From Lama glama (lineage: Eukaryota), in NCBI GenBank assembly GCA_028534125.1, contig CM052821.1, positions 53,754,001 to 53,818,000 of the forward strand: a stretch of DNA of 64,000 nt. Reading direction: 5' to 3'. Made by a program: the position numbers and the translations under genes. Shown piece by piece: positions 13,001 through 24,900 of the stretch (position 1 is the stretch's first letter; every line of letters starts with the position of its first letter). Below the pieces are notes generated by a model. The model was not told where the DNA came from. It did not search any database and worked only from the letters and a program-made list of their open reading frames with translations.

Positions 13001-13454
13001 CAGTTGGAGGAGATGACCATCTGAAAGTTGTCTGGACTTCTGTTTTCCAATTCCACTTCTATGCTCTCTCTTAATCCCTCTAGATGGGCTTTTGCCCGAA
13101 CTGTTCTGCAGAGTTTGGCCTTGTTAAGATCACCAAAAACCTCCATGTTGCTGTATCCAGTGGTCAGTTCTCAGCCCTCCTTTTGCGTGTCCTCTTGGCA
13201 GCACTAAGACAGGTGATCACTTCTGCATCCAGGACACTCCAGGTCCCTCTCCGGGTCCTCCTCCTCCTTCTCTGGCTGCTGCTTCTCGGGCTCCTCTGGG
13301 GGTCCCTCCCCACCTTCCCAGCCTCCTCTTCTCTCCACCTCTGTTCCCGAGGACCCCGTCTGCTCCCAAGGATTTAAACACATTAATGTCTCTCCAGCCT
13401 CAAGCTCCCAACATAGCTCCAAACTGTCTACTTGACATCACCAACTGGATATTT

Positions 13455-13985
13455 CTTTTTCCCTTTTTCTTTGTAAATTGAAGTATAGTGTAAATTGACA
13501 GTGTGTCAATTTCTGGTGTACAGCATAACGTCCCAGTCATGGATATGTATACACATATTTGTTTTCATATTCTTTTTCGTTAAAGGTTATTACAAAATAT
13601 TAAATGTTCCCTATGCTGTACAGAAGAAATTTGTTTTTCATCTATTTTTATATATAGTGGTTAACATTTGCAAACCTCAAACTCCCAAATTTATCCCTTC
13701 CCATCCCCTTTCCCCCAGTAACCATAAGATTGTTTACTATGTCTGTGAGTCTGTTTCTGTTTTGTTCATTAGTGTTCTCTTTTTTCTTTTTTTAGATTCC
13801 ACATGTGAGTGGTATCATATGGTATTTTCCTTTGTCTTTCTGGTTTACTTTACTTAGAATGACAATCTCTAGGTCCATCCATGTTGCTGCAAATGGCATT
13901 CTTTTCTTCTTTATTATGGCTGAGTAGTATTCCATTGCAGAAATACACCACAACTTTTTTATCCAGTCATCTGTCGATAGACATT
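13455..13985 (-). mobile_element. Young 5'-truncated L1 3' end (camelid-type)
   Basis: Poly-T then attgaagtatagt...tctggtgtacagcataa...tccatccatgttgctgcaaatggcatt...tggctgagtagtattccattg. Confidence 0.88.
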
Positions 13986-14411
13986 TAGAGACATCTCAAA
14001 CTTAAAATGCTCAAAACTAAAATCCTGATCTTTCTCCCCAGATCAGCTCTCCCCACAATTTTCCTGAGCTCAGTAAATACAACTCCATTGGAGTCCCAGA
14101 GCAGCTTCGGCCCCTCCCTTTCTCTCACAACCACATCCAGCCCATCAGTAAACCCTTCAGCTGTGTCCATAAACCTTGCATTTCCTGCAACCTCCATTGC
14201 TACTCCCATGGCCCCCTCACTGGTCAAGTCTCCCTGTTCAACCTCCACACAGCAGCCAGAGGGATCCTGTGAAAATCTTCATCACATCATGTCACCCCTC
14301 TGCTCAAAACCCTCACTGGCTCCCGTCTCCCTCCAAGGAGAAGCCACAGACCTCCTCTGCAACCTCTCTGCTCACATCCCTTGTCTTCTCTTTTGTTCCA
14401 CCTGCTGCAGC

Positions 14412-14951
14412 TGTGATGGCTTGTTTTACAGGGCCACTTGACTGGGCCGTGGGGGTAGCGCCCAGATATTTGCTCAAACACGGTGCCAGGTGGGTTTTGG
14501 TGAGGGCATTTCTAGATGAGATGCACATTTGAATCTGTGGACAGAGTCAAGCGGGTCTCCCTCCCCGATGCAGGGGTGCCTCCTCCAACTCGCTGAGGCC
14601 CTGGACCAAACAAACAGCAAGGAAGGCAGAATTCCCTCCCTACCTGACTGTCTCTGAGCTGGGTCAGTGGTCCTTTCCTGCCTTCGGATTTGGACTTGGA
14701 CTGGAATCTGCTGCACTGGCTCCCTTGGTCCTCAGGGGTTCAGACTGGGACTGGCTTTGGACCACCAGCTCCCCTGGGTCTCCAGCTGGTCAACTGCACA
14801 TCTGGGACTTCTCAGCCTCCAAATCTGCGTGAGCTAATTCCTTCTAGTAAATTTCTTTATATATAATCTCTTTATATATATAGCTATCTACATAGAGATT
14901 TTATACATTTTATATACATTATATACAGGTATACATTTATATATCTAGATT

Positions 14952-15004
<53 letters not shown>

Positions 15005-15065
15005 TTATCTATCTATCTATCTCTATCTTACTGGTTCTGTCTTTCCAAGAACTCAGGCTACTACA
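14412..15065. mobile_element. MLT2 (ERVL) solo LTR
   Basis: Starts tgtgatgg...cacttgactgggcc...cccagatatttg and ends ctggttctgtctttccaagaactcaggctactaca, with the internal TA/TCTA expansion typical of MLT2. Confidence 0.8.
14951..15028. repeat. (TCTA)n tetranucleotide microsatellite
   Basis: More than 12 consecutive tcta units, followed by imperfect units. Confidence 0.97.
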
Positions 15066-15419
15066 GCACCTACACCAGCACAATCCATCTTTTCTGCCAG
15101 ATAAACACATGGTTTATTCCCTTATGTCCTTCAAGTCACCTCTTACTGAGGCCCCCTCTGACCACCCTACTGAAAACAGTGCTCCATCATAAGCTCCTTC
15201 CCTGCTCTCAGAAGGTTTTTCTCCCTCGCACTTACCACCACCTAACAGTCCATATCTTTTATGTATGTGTTTTAAATTGTCTCTGGCTCCATAAAAGTAG
15301 GCTCTTCATTGGTTCTGGCCCTCTACTGTACCCTCAGGACCAATAACGATGCCTGGCACAGAACGGGCGCCTGGGAAGGATGGGGAGAACAGACAAATAA
15401 TGAGAGAAGGATAAGGGAG

Positions 15420-15990
15420 ACTATGCACTTGACTCGGTCCAACGAAATCAGAAAACCTCGATGAAATGGGTGACTTTCCAAGAAAATAGAAATTACCCAA
15501 TGGATCCAAGAGAGAATCTAAACAAACCGACTGCCAAGAAGAAAGAGAAAAACTGTCAACTTGCAACTCCAAAGTCTAAAATAAGACAAAGGCAAATTAA
15601 AGCCCTAATGAGAACACATCCCAGAGCACAGACAAAAGGAAGCTTCCACAGTCGTCCAGTCATCACATCGGCAGAGATCTAAAACACTGAGTGCACTGTG
15701 TGTCTGCTGGTTTGGGGGGAAAGCCTCTGCTTCATGCTGACGGGAGGGACATTGCGGTCACTTCTGGAAGGCAGCTGGATGCTCACCAAAGTTACAGATG
15801 CACACGCCCTCTGACCCAGCAATTCCACTTAACAATTCTCCTACAAATGTGCTCACAAGGGCAAAATTCATATAAGCACATTTATTGCGGCAATGTGGGC
15901 AAAAGTAGAAGACCAGGATCAAAGAGATGACCATCAGTAGGGCACTGGTTCAAAAATGATGGCTCCCCATGTGATGGAGAACAATGCAGA
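15420..15990 (+). mobile_element. Ancient L1 (L1M-type) fragments
   Basis: gaaaacctcgatgaaatgggtgactttccaagaaaatagaaattacc and ctgacccagcaattccactt resemble L1 ORF2 and 3' region. Confidence 0.6.
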
Positions 15991-16482
15991 ATGATGTTGC
16001 GGCAGAAAAGCCAGGCAACCTTCCAGGAGCTCAGTCTGCCGGCTGCCCCAGGACGCCATCCTCAGACACCCCACCATCCTCTGATGTCACTGGGATGTGT
16101 GGCTATGGTACCGTCTGCAGGCTGAGGCCTTGCCCCCGAACCTCAGTCTTGCATCTCCCACCGCCTCCTGGGTATCCCCCTTGCACGCCCCACAGGCTTC
16201 TCATCCTTAATGTGTCCAGAACCAAACTCCTGAACTTCCCACTAAACCCACTCCTTCTCGATCCTCCCCGACTCGGCTGATGGCAGCTCACTCTTCCAGA
16301 AGTTCAGCTCAGAAAGGAGTCCTTGACGCCTTTCCTCTCACACACAGGTCCAATCCATCAGCCAATCTCATTTATTCAAAACAGATGCAGTATCTAACAC
16401 TTATTGCCATGTCTACCATCACTACCATGGCCCAAGCTGCCATCCTCTCTTGCCTGGGTATTTAATACTACTAACTGGCTTC

Positions 16483-16619
16483 TTTCTTTCGGTGGTGGGG
16501 AGAAAATCAGGTTTATTTACTTATCCATCTATTTATTTATTTTTAATGGCAGTACTGGGGATTGAACCCAGGACCTTGTGCATGCTAGGCACACACTCTA
16601 CCACTATACCCTCCCGCCT
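16483..16619 (-). mobile_element. tRNA-derived SINE (camelid Vic-1-like) with target-site duplication, inserted in an L2 fragment (~16150-17100)
   Basis: Minus strand gagggtatagtggtagagtgtgtgcctagcatgcacaaggtcctgggttcaatccccagtac carries A/B boxes and an A-rich tail. TSD ctaactggcttc (16471-16482) / ctaactggtttc (16620-16631). Confidence 0.85.
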
Positions 16620-19600
16620 CTAACTGGTTTCTCTGACGTCACCTCTCTCCAGTGCATTCTCCATAAAGGAGCCAGGGTTCTCTGTGCTTTTAAAAATTAT
16701 GATTATATATTAAATCTCCTCTGCTTGAAACCCTCTAATGGCTTCTCATCACCAAGTCCCTGGAGACTCTCCAGGCTCCTCAGAACCTTTCTGATGTGGT
16801 CCCCTGTCAAGCCCCTCCTTGTCACTCCTCTCCAGCCACATGAGCCTCTTGGCTGTTCTTTCAATGTTCCTGGATACTCCTGCCTCAGGGCCTTTGCACT
16901 TGCTGTTCCCTCTGCCTAGACTGCTCTCCTAGGCATCTACGCACAGCTAATCTTATCAGCAACCTTAAGTCTTGGTGCAGACGGTGTGCCTGCACCCCCA
17001 TGCACCCCCAGTCCCCTGCTTACTGCTCCCTACTGCACCCCCGCCAGCTGGCACCCTGCCTCCTTCGTTTGAGTGATCTCTGTCTTTCCCTGGCTCACAA
17101 GTTCCAAGAGGGCTGGCTTATCTGGTGGTCTGTTTTCTGCTCTACCTCATCCCTGAGAACCTGAATGGGTGGGGGTAGTGGGAGAACCTGTAGTAGGCAA
17201 CCCAGACTCTAGCCTTGGAGACCCCACCTGGAGGTGTGGACAGTGACATCAGCTGGATGAATGCTGAGACAGAGGAAGATCCAGGGGCTGAGGGAAGAGG
17301 AAAGTCAGAGGAAGTCTGCGGAGGATGTCCAGGTGGCTGTCTAGTCTTTGCTTGGCTTCCCCAAGGGACAGCGAACTCACTACCTTACAGCCCACTCCAG
17401 CTGTTCAGTGAGCTGGAAAACTTATATAATGCAGACTGAATCTCTTCTCGTAATTCACACCCTGGCCCCCACTGCCCTTGGTGGCCCTTCTGGGATATGG
17501 TGGCGGCAATGTCCCTTCTCACTTGTCCTTGCTGTTCTAGGCTGACGTGGCCATGGGGCTCCCCATTCTCCTAGTCGAGGCAGTATCACTCCCCGCCTTG
17601 GCCGAGGGCTCTGTGTGGCTGTCCCTTCTCCTGAGCCCCACAGCCAGGCCAGCCCCTGCACTTCCCTGGAGTGACTTCTTGGGAGGGCAGGAGCTGCCCC
17701 AGTCACTCTGCAGGGAGACACCTTTTTGGGGGATGACAGGCACAAAATCCAGATTGGTGGAACCTTGGGGGAAGGGGCCACCGGCAGGGAGGGGCAGGCT
17801 AGAAGTCTCCCTGGTGCCAGTGTTGCTCCACTTCGCAAGCTGGGTGGTGAGGACCTAGTGTGTATGTCACATGGGTGCCTTATATGTACATTTTTAGATT
17901 TTTTTTGCACAACATGAAATAATTCAAAACCAAAAATGTTTAAAAATTCTGCCCTCTTTTTTTTAGAGGGTAAAGTTTGGCCGGCCATGCAGGCCTCTCA
18001 CCGCCAGACATCTATGACTGTTTCTGCTTCTTTGCTCTTCACTTCAGAGGACTTTCTTTCCAGAACAGCCAAGTGGGCTCCCACATGCTGGGAACATCTT
18101 CCGCTTTCTCTACTTGACAAACTCCTACTCATCCTTCATGACCCTGCTCACTGCGCATCCCTTCCATCCATGCAGCTCGTCTGACTTCCACAGGCCTCTG
18201 GGACGGTCAGCACCACGTGGTACTGTAGAGGGCTGGGGACAGTCATCTCCACTGGCCTTGGAATCAGGCCTGGGTTCAGATCCCATGTCTGTTCCTCACA
18301 AGCTATAGTCACCTAACCTCTCTGGGCCTCCAAACCCACCTGGTGCCATTCCAGTCATGTTGGACCGGCCTCACCGCTGGCCCATGGGGAATTTCACTGC
18401 TGTGGACACCCACTAGCTGGTTGATTGCTATGGCTTGGCCTGTGGGGACACAGCCCAGAGCATCAGCTCCTGTGTGGCCCAGGCACCTCGCGAACACTCT
18501 CTGTGCAGCCTTCGGAACAAAACTGCAGCAGATGTCAACTTTTGTTCTGCTTTCATTGGCAGCTGTGCCTCGGCCACATTCGGAGCTGCAGCCCATGAGC
18601 GCAGGAAGCTGTCCCCGTGCAGTGGCAGGTCCCTGTCCCCCAGAGCCCACCTGCCCTAATCCTCCCAGCAACTTTGCTAGTAGACGGGCCGCTTCCTGCC
18701 AGACAGCCCCATGGAAACCAGCCCAGCACCATCGATGCTCCTTTTGTGTGGTGTCAACGTTGGCACCTCCCACCAGGCCTTCAGGGAGCCCTCAGTGATA
18801 GCAGCTTCTGCCAGGCCTGGGCTGGGTGCTGGGGCACAGACCTCTCAGGCGTGGTTCCAGCCCTTGAGGGCTCTGAGCTGGGGGGAGCCACAGCGGGACC
18901 CAAAAACAAGAGCAGCAGATCTGGACTGTCAGCAGTGAGGGCCTGCGGGGCACGGCCTTGGACAGGGGCGGGGGAGTCAGGGGAAACTCTCATGTCAGGA
19001 GAGGGGGAAGGCACTTGGGGGGTGGAGGGCCCACAGCCTGAGCCAAGGCCAATCAGAGGGGTCACAGTGGGAGACACAGGATGGTCCTTGCTGCAAGGCC
19101 ACCCCTCGGGCGCAGGGCAGCAGCCTGGACGGGCTCAGGGCAGGCAGGCGGGCTGGACAGCGGGCACCACTGCCCTGGATAGAGAAGCAGGGCTGGAACT
19201 GGGCCCTCCCCGGGACGAGGAGGGTTCCCAGCTGGCATCTGCAACCTAACTGGGGAGATAAGACAGAGCACCTGGCAATTTGAATAACAATGAACGCTTT
19301 CAGAATGCTGAGAGAATCTGTAACAATAACTGCTCACGATAAAAGCATAAAAGCCAAGGAGTCACAGGCACAACATGACTAATCTCCAGGTGAACTGAGA
19401 CAACGCTCCGCAGCACTGATAACAGCCCGCCCATATTTAGCACTGATAAGCCAAGCCCTGGGATAGGAGCCCTCGGCACGCTTTCCACAGCATCCTCAGC
19501 ACCCCGAGAGGTGGAGACAGTTACCACATCTTACAGAGGAGTGGACAGTTCAGGACCACTGTCGGGGTCAAGATGGCAATCCCATGGAGGTGAGATCAGA

Positions 19601-19924
19601 GTCTCCCGGAGCAGAGCTCTTAGTCACCAAAGGTGTGGTCATGGGGGGCTGCACGGAGGAGGTGTGCTCGTGTAATGATGGTAGAAAGTGAAACGGAAGC
19701 ATTGAGAGAAAGCAGCTTAAAATTGCAGGAAGCTGCCCTACACACTGGCTGAAACAAACCTGAAACTAACACTGAAACAGACAAAAAGACTGGTGAGGGG
19801 GCACAGCAGCAGGAGCTGCCATCCACGCCCGCGGGGAGGGCAAAATGGTCCGGCCACTTTGTGAAACTGGGGGGCAGCACGTGCTGGAGCTGAACCTGCA
19901 CCTGTCCCATGAGGACACAGCACC

Positions 19925-20378
19925 TGTGTAGGCACAGTTCAGGCCCCCAAAGAGGTCCCTCTCCAGGAGCTGTGAATGTGACCTCATATGGTGCAAGGGA
20001 GTCTGCTGGTGTGAATAAGTTGAGGACCCTGAGAGAGCGAGGCTTTCCTGGGTTACCCCGGTGGGCCCAGGCCATCACAAGGGTCCTGTAAAGAGGGGAG
20101 CAGGAGGGTCACAGTCAGAGGAGATGTGAGGATGGAAGCAGAGGTCAGAGTGATGAACACAGGGCCATGGGCACAGGCCGCCTCCAGAAACGGGCAAAAG
20201 CCAGGGGACAGAGTCTCTCTGGAGCCCGCAAGGAACCACTCTGACAACACCTTGAAATCAGGTGTTCCTCAGGCTCATTTTGAACTTCTGCCCTCAGAAC
20301 TAGCAGAGAAAACATTTGTGCTGTTTTAAGCCACTGAATTTGTGGTCACTGGTTGCAGCAGTGGCAGGACAGGCTACA
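19925..20378 (+). mobile_element. MLT1 (MaLR) solo LTR nested in an old L1 3' fragment (~19810-20790)
   Basis: ggcccccaaagaggtcc...tgtgaatgtgacctcatatgg...tgctgttttaagccactgaatttgtggt...aca. The flanks read continuously as L1 3' sequence. Confidence 0.8.
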
Positions 20379-21139
20379 ATAATACCCGAGAGAAAGGTGT
20401 ACACTGCTTTCCCGGGGGGCTTGGATGTAAGCGTTCAGAGCGGCTTTACTGATAATGGCCCCATGGTGGAAACAGCCCAAACGTCCTCCGAAGGTAAAGG
20501 GATAAAAGAAGTGTGATGCACCCATACGATGGCATACTACACAGCAGGAAAAAAGAACGAGCTTGTGCTGCACCCAACATCATGGAGGAATCCATCTTAT
20601 TGATAAAATACCATGTGAGAGACTTGGACCCGAAGGGCCCACACCATCCAATTCCAGGCTAGGAGCAGCCCAGGGTTGGCGAGGCAAAATGAACTCAGGG
20701 GCTGACATCCTCAGGATGTCAGAGGAGCGGTGTTGAGCGGACGAGAGAGAGCCTTCTGCGTGTTGAAAAATTCACCGTCTCAGACTGAAGTTGATGGAGC
20801 CGAACTTTGTGTGCTTTAACTCGGACAGTAAGACATGAGCCACCAGTGCCTCCTCTGGGAAGCCTCCCGGGCCAGCTCTGGCAAGGGCTGCTCTGTCAAT
20901 ATTTTCTGGAGGAACCAACGGAAGCGGCTGCCTCTCAACACTCCCACGTCTCATTAAGTACACAGCACCTCAGGTTCGCGGCTCCCAACTGGGTGAAAAG
21001 AAACCCTCTGTGCGTGCAGCTTTGCTGATTTACAGATAATTCGCACAGACACCATTTCATTTGCCTGCCACCCCAAAGGCAGGTAGGCTGTCCCATTTCA
21101 CAGATGAGGACAGGAGGTTTGGAGGACGGGGGGTGTGTT

Positions 21140-21930
21140 GGTTGCCGGACACTCCACATCCTTTCCCTTTTCCCCTTCTGAACTGGTCTCTGTATCCCTC
21201 AGGAATGACACCAGCCCCAGCTTTGGTGGGGGGCTGCTGAATGGATCAGCCCATTACCATGTCCCCCTGTGCCCCCTCCCTGGGATGGGCACATGGCCCA
21301 CATTGGGATGATCAGGACCAGTAAGATGTGGTTCTGGGGCCTCTGTTTGAGCCACAGGGAGGCTGCTGCTGCCTTTTCTGATGGATTTGGACTGTGGCTC
21401 TGGGAGCTGGTGGCAGCTAACTTGTGGCCCAGAGGGAGAGCTGGGTCTAATCTCAGGGAAGTGCAGGTAAAAACTGTGAGGCTAGATCTTCATCAGATGG
21501 TTAGGGCTGCTGGATGAAGCCTCTCCTGAAGTCCATATGTCTCTCCAGCACATCCAGTTGCACAAGTCAAACGCTCTCTTTACTGTGTGAGCCACTCTGA
21601 GCGCGGTTTGCTGCTGCCCGCCAAGTGAGAACATTCTAACTGACAACTGTCACTGGCACCAGTGGCTAGAATCGAAGTGACAGGAACGGAATGTCACTTC
21701 CAAGATCAGGCCAAAAAGGTTGTGCCCTTTATCTTACTCGGAACCTTACACTCTATCCCCGAGCCCTCTTCTGGGGGACTCCAGTGGCCATGTTGTGAGC
21801 TGCCCCCCAGAGAGGCCCACATGGCACAAAGATGCCTCCTGAGGGGAGGACCTGGGGCTGCCGGCAGCCACATGCATGAGTTTAGAAATAGATCCTTCTC
21901 TCCCCACATTCCTGCCCCCTGACTTTCCTT
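21140..21930. mobile_element. Two adjacent old MLT1-family LTR fragments
   Basis: gggcacatggcccacattgg...tgagccactctgagcgcggtttgctg and gaagtgacagg..tgtcacttccaagatcagg...gccatgttgtgagctgccc. Confidence 0.55.
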
Positions 21931-24900
21931 CTGATGCCCGAATGCACTGGCTCTCTGCCTCGGTGCCTTTGCACATGCCACTCCCAGTGCCTAGAATGGT
22001 GCCCACTCCCACCTCAATCTCCTCCAACCTCGGCAGCTCACTCTTTTCCATCCAACAGGTCTCAGCTGCCCGGAGAGGTAGAGGCCAGATCACGGAGGGC
22101 CATGAATGCCGAGCAGAGGGCCTGTCCTACTCACACAGGCCATGCGAGCCTCAGAAGGGCTTACAGCTGAGGAGCGCTGACCAGGTGCCTCCACGGATGC
22201 AGGGCTGGAGGCTGCCCTGGCTCTGGTTGGCGGAGGAGGAGGGGTCCGTGGGGAGCTGTGCCTGGCTCTGGGGGCCTCGTTGCTAACTCCCCACATGGAC
22301 CCTTCCTTCCTGTCTCTTCACCCACCTGCCTTGAGCACATTTCTCTGGGAGCAGAGGGTCTTTAAACTCCACATCTTCAAGGTTAATTTTTAATGCAGCT
22401 TTGGTAAATATTTGATACCATTGCTTCCATGGGCGCTCTTCATTCTGCATTAAATGCCACAAAGTGCTCAAGACGCTGTCTTTTTCATCCCCCTCCTCCT
22501 GCTGTATAAAAATAAAGACTCTCTCCCTCTGCTTCCTGCTATGAATTTTTCAAAGCACTTTCCACATCCATTCTTGTCCCTGATCCATGTTTCCATTAGA
22601 CAGGCAGAAGGTCAGAGAGGCTTTGAGTTAAAAAGACACCACAGAAGCATTCTGTCCCTTCTCTCATTTGACAAGAGGGGAAAATGAAGCCTAGGGAGGG
22701 ACGTGGCTGCCCAAGGTTAAACAGCGACCCAGTGGTGGGCAGAATCGAACAAGCAGCTGTGACTCCCAGACCAGGGCTCTGCTCCAGGTACTGGGATCCC
22801 CGGTGGGACTCAGACTGCCCTTGCCCTTGCCCAGTCCAGTGGGCACAGATGTGACAACAGACCACATGGTCCTGGCTGTGATGGGAGCAGGAAGCAGAGA
22901 GAAAAGTCCTCCAGAGGAGGGAGGGAGGCCTGGAGGAGGAGTGACCTGGGCAAGGTTTTGAGGGATGAGTAGGAGTTCGTGGGTAACTGGGGTAGAGAAC
23001 CCAGTGGTGCCAGTCTTGGGTGAGCATCTCACGGGCAGAGACAGCATCTGACCCACTCCATTCTATGTCCCCAGACCTGGCCTGGGGCCCAGGCTTTGGT
23101 GCACGTTTTGTAAACCCTTTGGAAATTAAGGTGCTTCCTTGCTCTGGGGACATTTGTACCTTGCCCTTGGCCATCCATGGCTCCTGGTTCCCTGGCCCGG
23201 GCACCATCCACGTCGCTATGCTCCCCCCGGTCTGGATGCTGACCTGGCCCTGTGCCTACTTTACTGCATCCCTGGCTGCCTCGGATGCCCTGACCCCTTC
23301 CCTAGGCCTTTCCCACTGCCCTTGGGTCAGGACAGAGGCAGCAGGAGGGGGCTGAGGCCTGGGTAGGGTCACACCCTAGCTTGTGAGCGAGCGTGCAACA
23401 CACACATTCAAGCACACACACGTCACACACTCTTCACACACACACATATGCAGACTACATCCTCCCACACATTGTATACACACACCCCCTCTAGGCTTGG
23501 CCTTCCCTGGCTGGCCCTACAGCCAGGGAGGAGGCCATCTCTCACAGGCAATGTGTCCCGAGCCATCCTCCCTCCCGGCCCCTCCCTCTCCCACCCACCT
23601 GTGACCCGCCCCAGCCCTCGGATGCACGCTTGCCCTTTTCACCCCACCCACCCTACCCCATGCCGCATCCCAGGGTGCCCCCCACGATCAGTGATGATAA
23701 ACACAGGCCATGACCGCAGCCCTCGCCCCACCTCCTGAGTTGTCCTTCCTGGGCTGTGGTGACAATGCACGTCACTCACATCAGACCCCACAGGGGTCCT
23801 CGGCGCTCCCTCTGCCCTGCCCCCACAACACTCCCTCTGCAGGGCCTGTCTCATCTACATCCAAAATATTTCCTCATCAGTCCCTGACTCCATCACCTCC
23901 GCCCCCTCGCCTATACCACCTCGGGCTCTTCCCTGCAGCCTCCCTGCCTCCTCCTATCAGCTCTGCCCAGGGTAGAGGGGGGCACTGTCACCAAAACTCC
24001 CATTGGACCAAGTCACCTGATGCTGAAGGCACGTCACCTGCCCCACGTTTTCCTTAAAGCCGTGGACATGCTCTCTCCCCGCCACGAGGGCCAGTAGCGC
24101 CCTGCGTGTCCTGCTCTCCGACGCATCCACTGCGAGTCACACCAGCAGCCAGAAGAGTGGCTTTTCGGGAAAGAGGCGAGCAGGGCTCCACCACACGCCC
24201 ATGTCGATCGGGGCACATCTAGAGGTGGGGATCTGCCCCTTGGAATCGTGTAAGTGACGGTGTCGGCCAGGGTCAGGGACACAGTCACTGGGTGTTACTA
24301 TAGGATCTCGTGTGTCCACGCTTGTTGGCAGAGAGGGTCCAGAAAAGGCACCAGCAGCTCAGAAGGGGTCACTGGGTGGTGCTGGCTATGGGAGTGGGGC
24401 CTGTCTGCAGTGGGGCTGGGGGCCGAGTGGCAGCGGGGCTTCTGGATGCACGGAAGAGGCCTGCCTGGAACAGGCTCTCCAGGATGCCTCATGGGGTCTG
24501 CCGGCCTGGGGTCAGTGGTCAGGAAGGAGAGCTGGATGTGGACAGAGTGAAGACAGACTGGGGCCCGGGGCAGCTCTGCAGCCCTGCCTCCCTGGCCCTG
24601 AGACCACAGGGCCCAGTGATGGCTCTTTCCAGCCTCCTGAATCTGGACAACTCCAGCGGCCTCACCAGGTAGTGGGCTCTGGGACACGAAGACCCCAGGG
24701 TGACCATGCCCACAACAGAACAATCTAGCATGCCTTCTCCCTTGTCTTGTTTGGCTGGACGAGCTGGGACACAAATCCTCAGCCACTTCCAGCCGAGAAA
24801 AGGGGGCATGTGGCAGGGAGCTCTTTTCCCACTCACGAAGTGAGCAGAGACAGGGAAAGGGGATAACTTGGGGGTCCTTCCTATGAGAGGGGCGCTGGGT

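Larger units (their letters stand above)
13060..15400 (+). mobile_element. L2 element split by an L1 and an MLT2 insertion
   Basis: aagatcaccaaaaacctccatgttgctgtatccagtggtcagttctcag is L2-like. It resumes at ~13990 (catctcaaacttaaaatgctcaaaact) and ~15065, and ends with gcctggcacagaacgggcgc. Confidence 0.75.

Noticed and set aside
16545-16619. tRNA gene
   Set aside because: The tRNA-like A/B boxes belong to a SINE with an A-rich tail and TSD. No intact cloverleaf is evident.
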